Source: Candidatus Saccharimonadota bacterium
GTDB lineage: Bacteria; Patescibacteriota; Saccharimonadia; Saccharimonadales; Saccharimonadaceae
Direction: 5' to 3'
Assembly: GCA_023898645.1 (NCBI GenBank)
Contig: CP060232.1
Coordinates: 810,001-842,000 of the forward strand
Length of the DNA: 32,000 nt
The notes beneath the pieces are model-generated. The model did not search any database. It had not been told where the DNA came from and saw nothing but the letters and a program-made list of their open reading frames with translations. This document shows, one piece after another, positions 24,041 through 31,971 of this stretch (position 1 is the first letter of the stretch; the number at the start of each line of letters is the position of its first letter). Position numbers and translations under genes: made by a program.

Positions 24041-24718
24041 CTACGATACGCGGACGGCGTAGACGACTAGGCGGTGATCGTAAGTACCTTGTGTCGCTAC
24101 ATAAGTTCCGGCGCAAGTCATAAGATTCAATCCTTGAGAACCGTCGCCATAGACACTCAACGCTTTGCCCATGTCAATATCGACTAGGGGTACTGTTTCT
24201 GTGTGTACTACACGGTATTTGAACGTTTGACCACCATAGTTTACGCTGATAATTTGACCTTCACGAACACTGTGAAGCTTAGCAAAGACGCCGTCAACAT
24301 GACCGTCCAAAAATGCCGCGCCATCCACACCGGGTCGAGCGCTACCAATCCAATGACCAACCTGTAGGCTGGAAGGTACGTCAATATTGTTGGTTGCCGT
24401 TACGCCCACCTCGATGATAGACGACTGAAACCCGATAGATGGAATCGAGAGGCTGTTGCCTACGACAGCCGCAGCACGAGGCTTAGCAGGCTGAGCAGCA
24501 GACACGTTCTTAGTCGACGCCGTGAACACTTGTGGTTTAGATATGCTTGAACTTGGAGAATTTTGGCTTGAGTTTTGAGCAGCTTGCGGCAGCGCGAGCT
24601 CTTGCGTGTGAGGGTTTTCTGATGAGTAGGCAGGTGTTGCCGCCCAAACAGTGACACAGAGATTAACACCGACCATAAGAGCGGCGAAAGCTGACAATAA
24701 ACTAGTACGTCGTTGCAT
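24041..24718 (-). CDS. Sortase family transpeptidase (class F-like)
   Basis: 225 aa counted from Met 7, with GGGAG 6 nt upstream. There is an N-terminal TM helix. LSIPSIGF, the catalytic His in FLDGHVD, Cys in LMTCAG and Arg in HRLVVYA are present. Confidence 0.85.
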   Translation of the reverse strand: MQRRTSLLSAFAALMVGVNLCVTVWAATPAYSSENPHTQELALPQAAQNSSQNSPSSSISKPQVFTASTKNVSAAQPAKPRAAAVVGNSLSIPSIGFQSSIIEVGVTATNNIDVPSSLQVGHWIGSARPGVDGAAFLDGHVDGVFAKLHSVREGQIISVNYGGQTFKYRVVHTETVPLVDIDMGKALSVYGDGSQGLNLMTCAGTYVATQGTYDHRLVVYAVRVS

Positions 24719-24890
24719 ATAATTCTCCCAATGCATGTCTGCAAATAAAAAACCCCGGACAGTCGCCCTCCGGGATCTATATGAACTTAATATAATTATA
24801 TCAGAAAACTACAAAAAATGCAAGCGTGTACGAGGGGTCCCGTCTGGTTACGTCTCGTCCGCTAGACAATTGGTATACAATGGGTGCAAT

Positions 24891-25535
24891 ATGACATCGG
24901 AAAACGTTCCCGCCATAAAGCCTAACAAGCAGTTTCCGATAGGTGATGTCGTCTATGATAGCCACCGAAACAAAAAAGTATCTGAGTGGTTCGAAAGAGT
25001 AGAGGACATGGACCGCGACGGGTATTCGGCGCACGTCAACTTCCACCATGCGCCAACATCGCAAGACGGTGAAAAAGCATGTTTGACGCACGACGCTGCA
25101 GTGCGACTTTGTCAAAGTTGGGACAATTCACGAGCAGATGGTGTACCGGCCTCACATGTAGGGTATAGACTAGTTATGACCTTCAATCAGCAGGCTCGAC
25201 TACTACCAAAGTGTGACGTAGACCTGACCAAGCAATTGACTCAAATGTGCGAGCAGCAAAAGCACTTGGCGCGTGAATTCGCGCGCTTTGCATGGGAAAG
25301 TATCGCTGACTATCCGCACGTATACGCAGTTTATGAGCGTTTACTCGAAATTGGCCGGACGCGGTTCGCCCTAGACGACGAAGAAGATCGCGATTATTTT
25401 AAAGCGGGCATGGCGCTGCCATTCATGTTTGCCTGGACAAGCAGGCTCGAAGGCTACACACCGAAATTTTCAGGCATGATAGAAACGACTGGCGAACCAG
25501 ACAGTGACAGTTTCGGTCGATGCTTTACGACCTGA
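24891..25535 (+). CDS. Unknown-family protein, paralogue 1 (family shared with 27923-28642)
   Basis: 214 aa counted from Met 53 of ORF 24735-25535; the longer form would overlap the sortase start region. TACAAT at 24876-24881 lies 9 nt upstream. Confidence 0.6.
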   Translation: MTSENVPAIKPNKQFPIGDVVYDSHRNKKVSEWFERVEDMDRDGYSAHVNFHHAPTSQDGEKACLTHDAAVRLCQSWDNSRADGVPASHVGYRLVMTFNQQARLLPKCDVDLTKQLTQMCEQQKHLAREFARFAWESIADYPHVYAVYERLLEIGRTRFALDDEEDRDYFKAGMALPFMFAWTSRLEGYTPKFSGMIETTGEPDSDSFGRCFTT

Positions 25536-25539
25536 CCAA

Positions 25540-26100
25540 CTAGTTCGAGCCTGATTCGTACGCAAGGCTATATGACGGTGAAATTTCACCGGTTACATTG
25601 TCATACGGCGCACCAAACAGCGCGACGCAACGACGCAACAATTCGGCATGAATGCGCTCCATGTCTGGCTCGCCAATCACTTCCGTCAGCAAATGTTCAG
25701 TCTCTGTAGGTAGATGCTTTGCAATCAAGCTATCGCTCAAGGCAAATGATCGTATGCGCCAGCTTAGCGCGGCGTCTACGGTTGGCAATGGGTTTCCGAT
25801 GCAAGCTTCGCAGGCCGGAACGCCAAGACACGCTACAGTCTTGAGATTTACGTCAGGCTTCGTCCACGTGTCGGGCTTTCCCCATATCATATACGCGAAG
25901 TCTCTTGCGCGTCCTCGATCCATAGTCGGGTCATACGAGTGAACTATCACTGCATCGTCTTCGTTCTGTTTCCTGATACCGATTACTCGTTCGTGCAATA
26001 CGTCGCTAAACACGACCGGATGTAAATCATCCGGCTCAAACGGCTCACCGTTTTCGCATTTCCATAAATCTCGTACTGGAATACCCCAAATTTTTCGCAT
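25540..26100 (-). CDS. Hypothetical protein
   Basis: 186-aa ORF with SD CAGGAG 5 nt upstream (minus strand). No family recognised. Confidence 0.6.
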   Translation of the reverse strand: MRKIWGIPVRDLWKCENGEPFEPDDLHPVVFSDVLHERVIGIRKQNEDDAVIVHSYDPTMDRGRARDFAYMIWGKPDTWTKPDVNLKTVACLGVPACEACIGNPLPTVDAALSWRIRSFALSDSLIAKHLPTETEHLLTEVIGEPDMERIHAELLRRCVALFGAPYDNVTGEISPSYSLAYESGSN

Positions 26101-26203
26101 ATATACTCCTGTTTCGTAGGGACAAGGGTACTACACATTTATCGACCGTACAAATTTAATGTGTAGTTTGTGTCATAATTATATATAGACACAAGGAGGG
26201 TAT

Positions 26204-26602
26204 ATGAGAGGATTCGTAGCCAATATCGAAGAAATATCGAAAGCGAACACAAATTTTCGCCACGTTTTGTACACCGGACACAACGCACAGCTAGTCGTGA
26301 TGAGCATCGCGCCTGGTAGCGAAATCGGCATGGAAATTCACCCGGATAATGATCAGTTTTTGCGATTCGAAAGTGGAACAGGCAAGGTAATCATCGACGG
26401 CAATGAACATGACGTCAGCGATGGTTTTGCCGTGGTCGTACCAGCTGGCTCGGAGCATGACGTCGTAAACGTATCGCAAACCGAGCCGCTCCAGCTCTAC
26501 ACACTTTATTCACCGCCACATCACCAAGACGGGTTAGTACGTGCCACCAAAAAGGACGCCGAAGCTCATGAAATCGAATTCGACGGCGTAACGAGCGAAT
26601 AA
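26204..26602 (+). CDS. Cupin domain protein
   Basis: 132 aa. GSEIGMEIHPDNDQFLRFESGTG...VVPAGSEHDVVN shows the two cupin motifs. SD AAGGAGGG is present, with TGtCATAAT at 26171-26179. Confidence 0.85.
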   Translation: MRGFVANIEEISKANTNFRHVLYTGHNAQLVVMSIAPGSEIGMEIHPDNDQFLRFESGTGKVIIDGNEHDVSDGFAVVVPAGSEHDVVNVSQTEPLQLYTLYSPPHHQDGLVRATKKDAEAHEIEFDGVTSE

Positions 26603-26640
26603 ATAATCTACTCCGATTCTGAGGATGAAAACTTTATTTA

Positions 26641-26669
26641 TTGACAAGTATATTTTTTGATTTTATAAT
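26641..26669 (+). promoter_or_regulatory. Consensus promoter TTGACA-17 nt-TATAAT, 8 nt before ATG 26678
   Basis: TTGACAagtatattttttgatttTATAATcaccggtaATG read directly; no SD. Confidence 0.7.
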
Positions 26670-26677
26670 CACCGGTA

Positions 26678-27271
26678 ATGAAATTACCGCGAATAAGTGT
26701 TGAAGTATTTCGGGATCGCGGTTCGCCAGACGCGGCTGTTGAGCTTGCCGTACGCGCCCTGCAAGAAATGAATCTGATTTTTGATGATGGCTTAGGAGTT
26801 ATTGATAGCGGCCGGCTAGCCCCACTTGGTTATCCGGGCGTTTCACATGTCAATGTAGATGACGTGCCCACTATAGAGACAAGGGCAGATTACGGCGTAG
26901 TTATGACGCACAATCCACTCATATCGTCCCCTGGGCTACAGACAGAGTACGATGAGCGAAATGAAATAATAGTAGGTATAGCAATAACGAACGGTAAAGA
27001 AAAACCGTACGGAATAATCAATTCCGAATATCCAGAAGAAGTGTCAGAACGCGCTGTACAGCACGAGTTTGGTCACCTGATGGACGTCAAACGAAACGGT
27101 GAAAATTATGATGGCGAGTGGCACTGCAGCCTAGAACAGTGCACCATGTATCGTACAGCGACTCGCGAAAAAAGCGATTTTTGCAATGAGTGCGCCGACC
27201 AAGCTGCTAAATATTTGTTCATGCGACGCAGACAAAAAGCCGGACTACTACGCAGGCTTTTCGTCTTGTAA
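26678..27271 (+). CDS. Archaemetzincin-like (M54-like) zinc metallopeptidase, paralogue C
   Basis: 197 aa with the signature HEFGH-x15-HC-x4-CTM-x11-CNEC. The N-terminus ISVEVFRDRGSPDAAVELAVRALQE parallels paralogue B (LSIEIFRDSETPDVQVDLAVTALEE). Confidence 0.75.
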   Translation: MKLPRISVEVFRDRGSPDAAVELAVRALQEMNLIFDDGLGVIDSGRLAPLGYPGVSHVNVDDVPTIETRADYGVVMTHNPLISSPGLQTEYDERNEIIVGIAITNGKEKPYGIINSEYPEEVSERAVQHEFGHLMDVKRNGENYDGEWHCSLEQCTMYRTATREKSDFCNECADQAAKYLFMRRRQKAGLLRRLFVL

Positions 27272-27347
27272 AATTTCATCAGTTCTAAAGACCCTTACAA
27301 TACTCTGATTAGGTTCATATCTTTTAATTTGTTATAGTGTTTTCATT

Positions 27348-27902
27348 ATGTCGAACCCCGAAACACCTGAAGCATCCGGCGGACCAGACTTTGGCAACAT
27401 AGCCCCCGAGGATCAACAGTATTTACAAGAACTTAGTGACGCATTTGACCGATTACCTGAGCAACTCGAACACAGGCGAGCAATCTACATGGCCGATCTA
27501 CATATACGCAAAGAGACAATTGATCGCGCCATAGAGTCGCTGGAGCGGGATCAGCACGAAGCATACAAGCAAATTTATTCTCATGGGTTACGTAATCAAG
27601 AATCAAACACTAGGTTATCCTTTAAACAATACGTCGACACGTTATTTATGCTACCCGAAAGCAAGTTAAATGAACGAGCAAGGGCGCTAGAGTTTGCACT
27701 TAGTAGCGCGGACAGGTCGCAGTCAACTCTTAACGAAGCTATAAACGGGTTTATGAACCATTTCGATCCTTCCACTCTCCGTGATATGGTGGAAGAAATC
27801 ACGGCAATGACAGATTTAACAGAGGCAGCATCGCGCGCATGCGTCATCTACGACGCCTTAGTAAAACCAGCCGATCAATTGCTAAAACGCTTCGACACGT
27901 AA
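27348..27902 (+). CDS. Hypothetical acidic, predicted helical protein
   Basis: 184-aa ORF. No family recognised. Confidence 0.6.
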   Translation: MSNPETPEASGGPDFGNIAPEDQQYLQELSDAFDRLPEQLEHRRAIYMADLHIRKETIDRAIESLERDQHEAYKQIYSHGLRNQESNTRLSFKQYVDTLFMLPESKLNERARALEFALSSADRSQSTLNEAINGFMNHFDPSTLRDMVEEITAMTDLTEAASRACVIYDALVKPADQLLKRFDT

Positions 27903-27922
27903 CATGCTACACTGGGGGGCAC

Positions 27923-28642
27923 ATGTATACGAGGGACACTATACCGAAAATTCTACCCAATGAAAGCTTCCCTCTGGGCGACATAAAAGACTCACTTAAA
28001 GAGCAGGGTGCAAACGGGTGGCTGAACACCATAGAAAAACTGGATAATAATCAATTCAGGGCAAGGGTAAATTTATTTCATGCGCCAACCGCTACCATCG
28101 GATACGGAGCAGGGTACAGGACATTCAAAGCCGCGATGCTACTTTGTGGACAGTGGGACCTCGTGCAAGGCAACAATAGTAGCCTTGCTACTGTCGGGTT
28201 CAAAGTTGCAATGACATTTCAAAACGAAGTCCACTATCTTCCTAGCTCAAATCTAGATCTCACACTCCAACTAGCCCGCATGCAAAACTCAGAAGAACAA
28301 CTTTATCGCGCGCAGGATTTTGCCCGAGCAGCCTGGTACGGTATGTCGCAATATCCTAATGTATATGAAAAATTCGATCGCCTCCTAGAACATTCGCGAA
28401 TCAGATACCGTCTTTCACCTGAAGAAAACCGTGAATATTTCCAAGCTGGCATGGCACTTCCATACATGCTGTCGTTAACAACTGCGCTGGCGGAAAGCAC
28501 ACCTGAAATCAAAGGCATGGCTGACAGAACTGGTAAAAACTGGAACTTACAAACCACGCCGTTTCGTCAATTTTTTACAGACGAAGTAGAACTCGCCGAA
28601 GACAACATTATACCCAGCGACTATCTGGAACGTAACGAATAA
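27923..28642 (+). CDS. Unknown-family protein, paralogue 2 (family shared with 24891-25535)
   Basis: 239 aa counted from Met 29; the longer form overlaps the preceding gene. TACACT at 27908-27913 lies 9 nt upstream. Several conserved blocks are shared with paralogue 1. Confidence 0.6.
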   Translation: MYTRDTIPKILPNESFPLGDIKDSLKEQGANGWLNTIEKLDNNQFRARVNLFHAPTATIGYGAGYRTFKAAMLLCGQWDLVQGNNSSLATVGFKVAMTFQNEVHYLPSSNLDLTLQLARMQNSEEQLYRAQDFARAAWYGMSQYPNVYEKFDRLLEHSRIRYRLSPEENREYFQAGMALPYMLSLTTALAESTPEIKGMADRTGKNWNLQTTPFRQFFTDEVELAEDNIIPSDYLERNE

Positions 28643-28682
28643 ACTTGATAAATACATGAGTGTTTCATGCATAACTCGCTCA

Positions 28683-28691
28683 TGCTATAGT
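28683..28691 (+). promoter_or_regulatory. Extended -10 TGcTATAGT upstream of the small membrane protein gene
   Basis: caTGcTATAGT, followed by a leader with SD GAAGGAG before ATG 28747. Confidence 0.45.
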
Positions 28692-28746
28692 TAATCCACC
28701 ATCTATACAGCTGGTGTCCTTTCCCTACGATTCAGAAGGAGTTGCC

Positions 28747-28920
28747 ATGCAAACCTTCATCAACACGCTGGTCATGTTTCTTTTCATCATGAGTGTTTTG
28801 CTGGTCTCCGGCGCTAGCGTTGGAGGCGGCGTTTTACTCCTCGTCTGCGGCTTTGTATGCCTCGTGGCTTGCATCGCCCTAGGCAAGACCAAGAGCACCA
28901 TCTTTTCTGAAACAGTATAA
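28747..28920 (+). CDS. Small 2-TM membrane protein
   Basis: 57 aa counted from Met 12, with GAAGGAG upstream. The protein is almost entirely hydrophobic (FINTLVMFLFIMSVLLVSG... LLLVCGFVCLVACIALG). Confidence 0.55.
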   Translation: MQTFINTLVMFLFIMSVLLVSGASVGGGVLLLVCGFVCLVACIALGKTKSTIFSETV

Positions 28921-28938
28921 TGTCCGCTAAGGGCAGAG

Positions 28939-28968
28939 ACCCCGGCTCGCACAGTGTGTGGCCGGGGT
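28939..28968 (+). terminator. Terminator-like hairpin
   Basis: Stem accccggc / gccggggt with a 14-nt loop, followed by atttc. The T-run is weak. Confidence 0.45.
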
Positions 28969-28990
28969 ATTTCAATAGAAAGGTGCGTGG

Positions 28991-29539
28991 CTAGTCACGC
29001 GCAAAATCTAAACGGATTTGCAGCGCAGAAATCGTCGCGGCTAGCGCCTCGTACTGGGTAATCAACAGACTAAATTCGATAAGTTGCTTTTCATCGAAAT
29101 AAAACGCCAATCCAGCCCATGTGTTATCCGAAATCGTACGAGTAAGGACCATCTCATCGACCGCTTTGATCATCGCCCTGTGCCGATGCGTCAAACCATC
29201 GCAGTCAGGGTAGACGAACACTCTGTCTTGGAACTCAGAATCCAAGCCGTATTTACGAGCAATCCGACGATGATGCTGCAGCTCATACTCACATTTGCAC
29301 AGATGGGCAACACGTAAAATAACCAGTTCGGTGTCTTGACGCGGAATCCTACCGCCACCGAGAAGCATACCGCTAAACGGTAACCAGGCCCAAAACAGGC
29401 GCTTGTGTAATGCCAGCATGGCAAACAGGTGCATTTCCGGCGCGCCCACGGCGCGTGCGGCAATCCGACAAATTATCCAATTTATCAAACCGATATCGCG
29501 CAGACCGCGTGAGCGTATACGTCGTCGATCAATTGTCAT
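28991..29539 (-). CDS. Carboxymuconolactone decarboxylase (CMD/AhpD-like) family protein
   Basis: 182 aa. TELVILRVAHLCKCEYELQHHRRIARKYGL is a typical CMD-family block. SD AGGAGG lies upstream. Confidence 0.78.
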   Translation of the reverse strand: MTIDRRRIRSRGLRDIGLINWIICRIAARAVGAPEMHLFAMLALHKRLFWAWLPFSGMLLGGGRIPRQDTELVILRVAHLCKCEYELQHHRRIARKYGLDSEFQDRVFVYPDCDGLTHRHRAMIKAVDEMVLTRTISDNTWAGLAFYFDEKQLIEFSLLITQYEALAATISALQIRLDFARD

Positions 29540-29607
29540 AAATCCTCCTAGAAGCGGAGACTAAACAAGGCAGCAATTTGCTGCCCACGCAATCATTATA
29601 TCAATAA

Positions 29608-30147
29608 TCAGATTAATTCAGGCCGATATTCACGTGGCATGATGCGCGTAAAGCACGACACGGAATCAATCGTAAATTGTCGTGGCAACGAAATCGATTC
29701 AGCCACGATAGCGCGCGTCTTATCAATATCGAGTACGTTTGGCTCTGTTACCTGTAGCAACGTAACGTGAGGTGTATACGGACGCTTGTAGTGAGCAGCT
29801 CGTACATCCGGAGGCAGTAGTTTAACCAGTTGCGACTGCAGCGAGTAGAGACTATGCGATTCGGCTCGCAGATAGCAGACTTGCTGGCCAAATATTCCGA
29901 TTTCTTCGAGTGCTATGGTAAGTGGTAAATAACGACTCGCGATTTCGCGGACCTTCGGCAACAGTTCACTCGGCATAATACCGCGAAGGCTCGGCGGATT
30001 AAGTAATGTGACATGGGGCACTAGTGGTTTAAGCGCCACTTCGTTCGTTTCATGCAGCCGCCACTTCAGTTCAGCAATTTGCCGGTCTAACTCTGGCGGT
30101 AGGGCAATCCCGATAAAATACACCTCTTGATGCGGCATGTCATCCAT
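29608..30147 (-). CDS. 2H phosphoesterase superfamily protein (LigT / 2'-5' RNA ligase-like)
   Basis: Two H-x-T-x motifs (PHVTLLNP and PHVTLLQV). The start was chosen at Met 34, giving 179 aa. The longer form would need a TTG start at 30246. The start remains uncertain. Confidence 0.72.
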   Translation of the reverse strand: MDDMPHQEVYFIGIALPPELDRQIAELKWRLHETNEVALKPLVPHVTLLNPPSLRGIMPSELLPKVREIASRYLPLTIALEEIGIFGQQVCYLRAESHSLYSLQSQLVKLLPPDVRAAHYKRPYTPHVTLLQVTEPNVLDIDKTRAIVAESISLPRQFTIDSVSCFTRIMPREYRPELI

Positions 30148-30258
30148 ATATTCATGGTAACGTGGTCGGCAGAGAATAGCTACCGCGCCCGTTAAAAATG
30201 CCCGCGCCGGAAACTCGTATGAATTTCCAGCGCGGGCTTTGCGCAAACTTAGTCAGCC

Positions 30259-30690
30259 TTAGCCGCCACTAATACTATCTATGTAGTCAACGAGGGCTGT
30301 ACGAAGTGATAGATTAAGATATTTTTTGCGTTCGCGCGACGTTACATCACGTACTCGCTCAATCTTCAAGCGATTGAACTGATACAGCTCCGGTGGCTTG
30401 AAGTCATCCGTACCTTCTACGTACGACATCTCTTCGATAAACTGGTGCAGGACAAGCTGCCGAATCGCATGATTGTTAGAATTAGTCAAAGCTTCGGTCG
30501 CCACGCTGTCGAGTAGTGGCATCCGCACCTCAAACTTACCGCAAACAATGTTGTACATACCGATTTGTCGTGCACTCTTCACGATACCGATGAGCCGCTT
30601 GGGCAAGTTCGCTACCTTGATCTGCCTCATTTTCATAGTAACTCTCAATCCTCGAGTTGCGAGCCGCAGTGCGACTATGGCCTCAATCAT
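30259..30690 (-). CDS. Hypothetical protein
   Basis: 143-aa ORF. A possible internal start at 30636 (MKMRQIKV...) has a GAGAG-like SD. No family recognised. Confidence 0.5.
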   Translation of the reverse strand: MIEAIVALRLATRGLRVTMKMRQIKVANLPKRLIGIVKSARQIGMYNIVCGKFEVRMPLLDSVATEALTNSNNHAIRQLVLHQFIEEMSYVEGTDDFKPPELYQFNRLKIERVRDVTSRERKKYLNLSLRTALVDYIDSISGG

Positions 30691-30813
30691 GCCATAAAAT
30701 GCACTAAAATAAAACCATACCGAAATGACAGTCCGTCCTGGAAAGTCATAATGCTCTCGTCTACAAATACCGCAAAACTCATGATATAGTCAGGTAGTAC
30801 ATTAATTAATCAG

Positions 30814-30960
30814 TATCCAGAGTGCAGCGAGAGATCTAGCTCTACGACCTGCCGGCAACCTGTTCGCATACGTGTGCATAAGGTGCCCCCTCTAGCCCTA
30901 GCGGAAAGATAAATGCGCAAGCTCCTTTTCTGCCGCGTGGGCGACAGATACGAAAGGAGT
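30814..30960 (+). promoter_or_regulatory. SAM-I (S-box) riboswitch with SD-sequestering expression platform, upstream of metK
   Basis: The aptamer-like blocks occur in the canonical order: uAUCcAGAG, uGCAGcGAGAGA...GCUCUacGAcCUGCcGGCAACC, AAGGUGCC, GGAAAGAUa (30814-30911). The anti-SD CTCCTTT (30922-30928) is complementary to the SD AAAGGAG (30953-30959). Confidence 0.65.
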
Positions 30961-30967
30961 TATTTTT

Positions 30968-31942
30968 ATGCCAAAATTCAGAACTGCCGAATCGGTAAGC
31001 CCGAAACATCCGGATAAAATATGTGATCAGATTTCTGACGCTATTCTGGATGCGCATCTGACGCAAGATTCTCACGCGAGAGTGGCAATCGATGTAACTG
31101 GCGGTCACGGTACCGTATTTGTAACAGGCGAGGTAACGTCTAAGGCGACTGACATAGACGTAGCCAGCATAGTTCGACGAATCGCAGGCGACGTAGAAGT
31201 CATAGAACATATCTTTAACCAGAGTGGCGAAATTGCCCGCGGCGTGGACACGGGCGGCGCAGGCGACCAAGGCATTATGGTAGGTTACGCCACCGGCGAA
31301 ACTGAAGAACTGCTGCCGCTCGAAGTCGTACTTGCACGTCGGCTCAATCAATATCTATATGAAAAATGGGAATATGATGGCAAGACACAGATCACATTAA
31401 CCGACGGCGAAATCGTCTCTGTAGTAGCTAGTTTTCAGCATGCGCCGAGTAACAAATTGCGACGACGATTGGATGCCTGGCTGGACAATGAACCGCTGGC
31501 AAAACCGGCGAAAAACATTGAATTTCATGTCAATCCAAGCGGAGACTGGGAGCAGGGCGGTTTTGACGCTGACGCCGGCCTGACTGGTCGCAAACTCGTC
31601 GTCGACAACTACGGCCCACGAATTCCGATAGGTGGCGGTGCTTTTAGTGGCAAAGACCCAAGCAAGGTCGACCGTTCGGCAGCATATGCCGCGCGTAAAG
31701 TCGCAATTGATTACTTAAAAAAGGAAAAAGCGAATGAAGTTTTCGTTTACCTTGCATACGCCATAGGCCACGATCAGCCACTTGAAGCTACTGTTGTCGT
31801 GGACGGTCGCGAAGAAAAAGTAGAAGGCTATGATTTGTCGCCAAATGGCATCATAAAACTCCTTGACCTGAAACGTCCTGTTTATGAGCAGACTGCTCGC
31901 TACGGTCACTTTGGCCATCCTGACTTCACTTGGGAAAAGTAG
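30968..31942 (+). CDS. metK: S-adenosylmethionine synthetase (compact 324-aa form)
   Basis: ESVSPKHPDKICDQISDAILD, GAGDQGIMVGYA, GGGAFSGKDPSKVDRSAAYAAR and ARYGHFG are MetK signature blocks. Confidence 0.93.
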   Translation: MPKFRTAESVSPKHPDKICDQISDAILDAHLTQDSHARVAIDVTGGHGTVFVTGEVTSKATDIDVASIVRRIAGDVEVIEHIFNQSGEIARGVDTGGAGDQGIMVGYATGETEELLPLEVVLARRLNQYLYEKWEYDGKTQITLTDGEIVSVVASFQHAPSNKLRRRLDAWLDNEPLAKPAKNIEFHVNPSGDWEQGGFDADAGLTGRKLVVDNYGPRIPIGGGAFSGKDPSKVDRSAAYAARKVAIDYLKKEKANEVFVYLAYAIGHDQPLEATVVVDGREEKVEGYDLSPNGIIKLLDLKRPVYEQTARYGHFGHPDFTWEK

Positions 31943-31956
31943 GATGCAATAAAACA

Positions 31957-31965
31957 TGCTATACT
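31957..31965 (+). promoter_or_regulatory. Extended -10 TGcTATACT, 6 nt before ATG 31972
   Basis: caTGcTATACTttgtatATG read directly. Confidence 0.45.
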
Positions 31966-31971
31966 TTGTAT

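Noticed and set aside
24735-24890. Longer N-termini for the two unknown-family paralogues (starts at 24735 and 27839).
   Set aside because: The extensions are not conserved between the paralogues. They overlap the sortase start region and the end of gene 27348-27902 respectively. Both shorter starts share a similar TACAnT-9 nt-ATG context.
30842-31351. 169-aa minus-strand ORF across the riboswitch and the metK 5' region.
   Set aside because: It is antisense to an unambiguous metK reading frame and to the conserved riboswitch blocks. It has no motifs.
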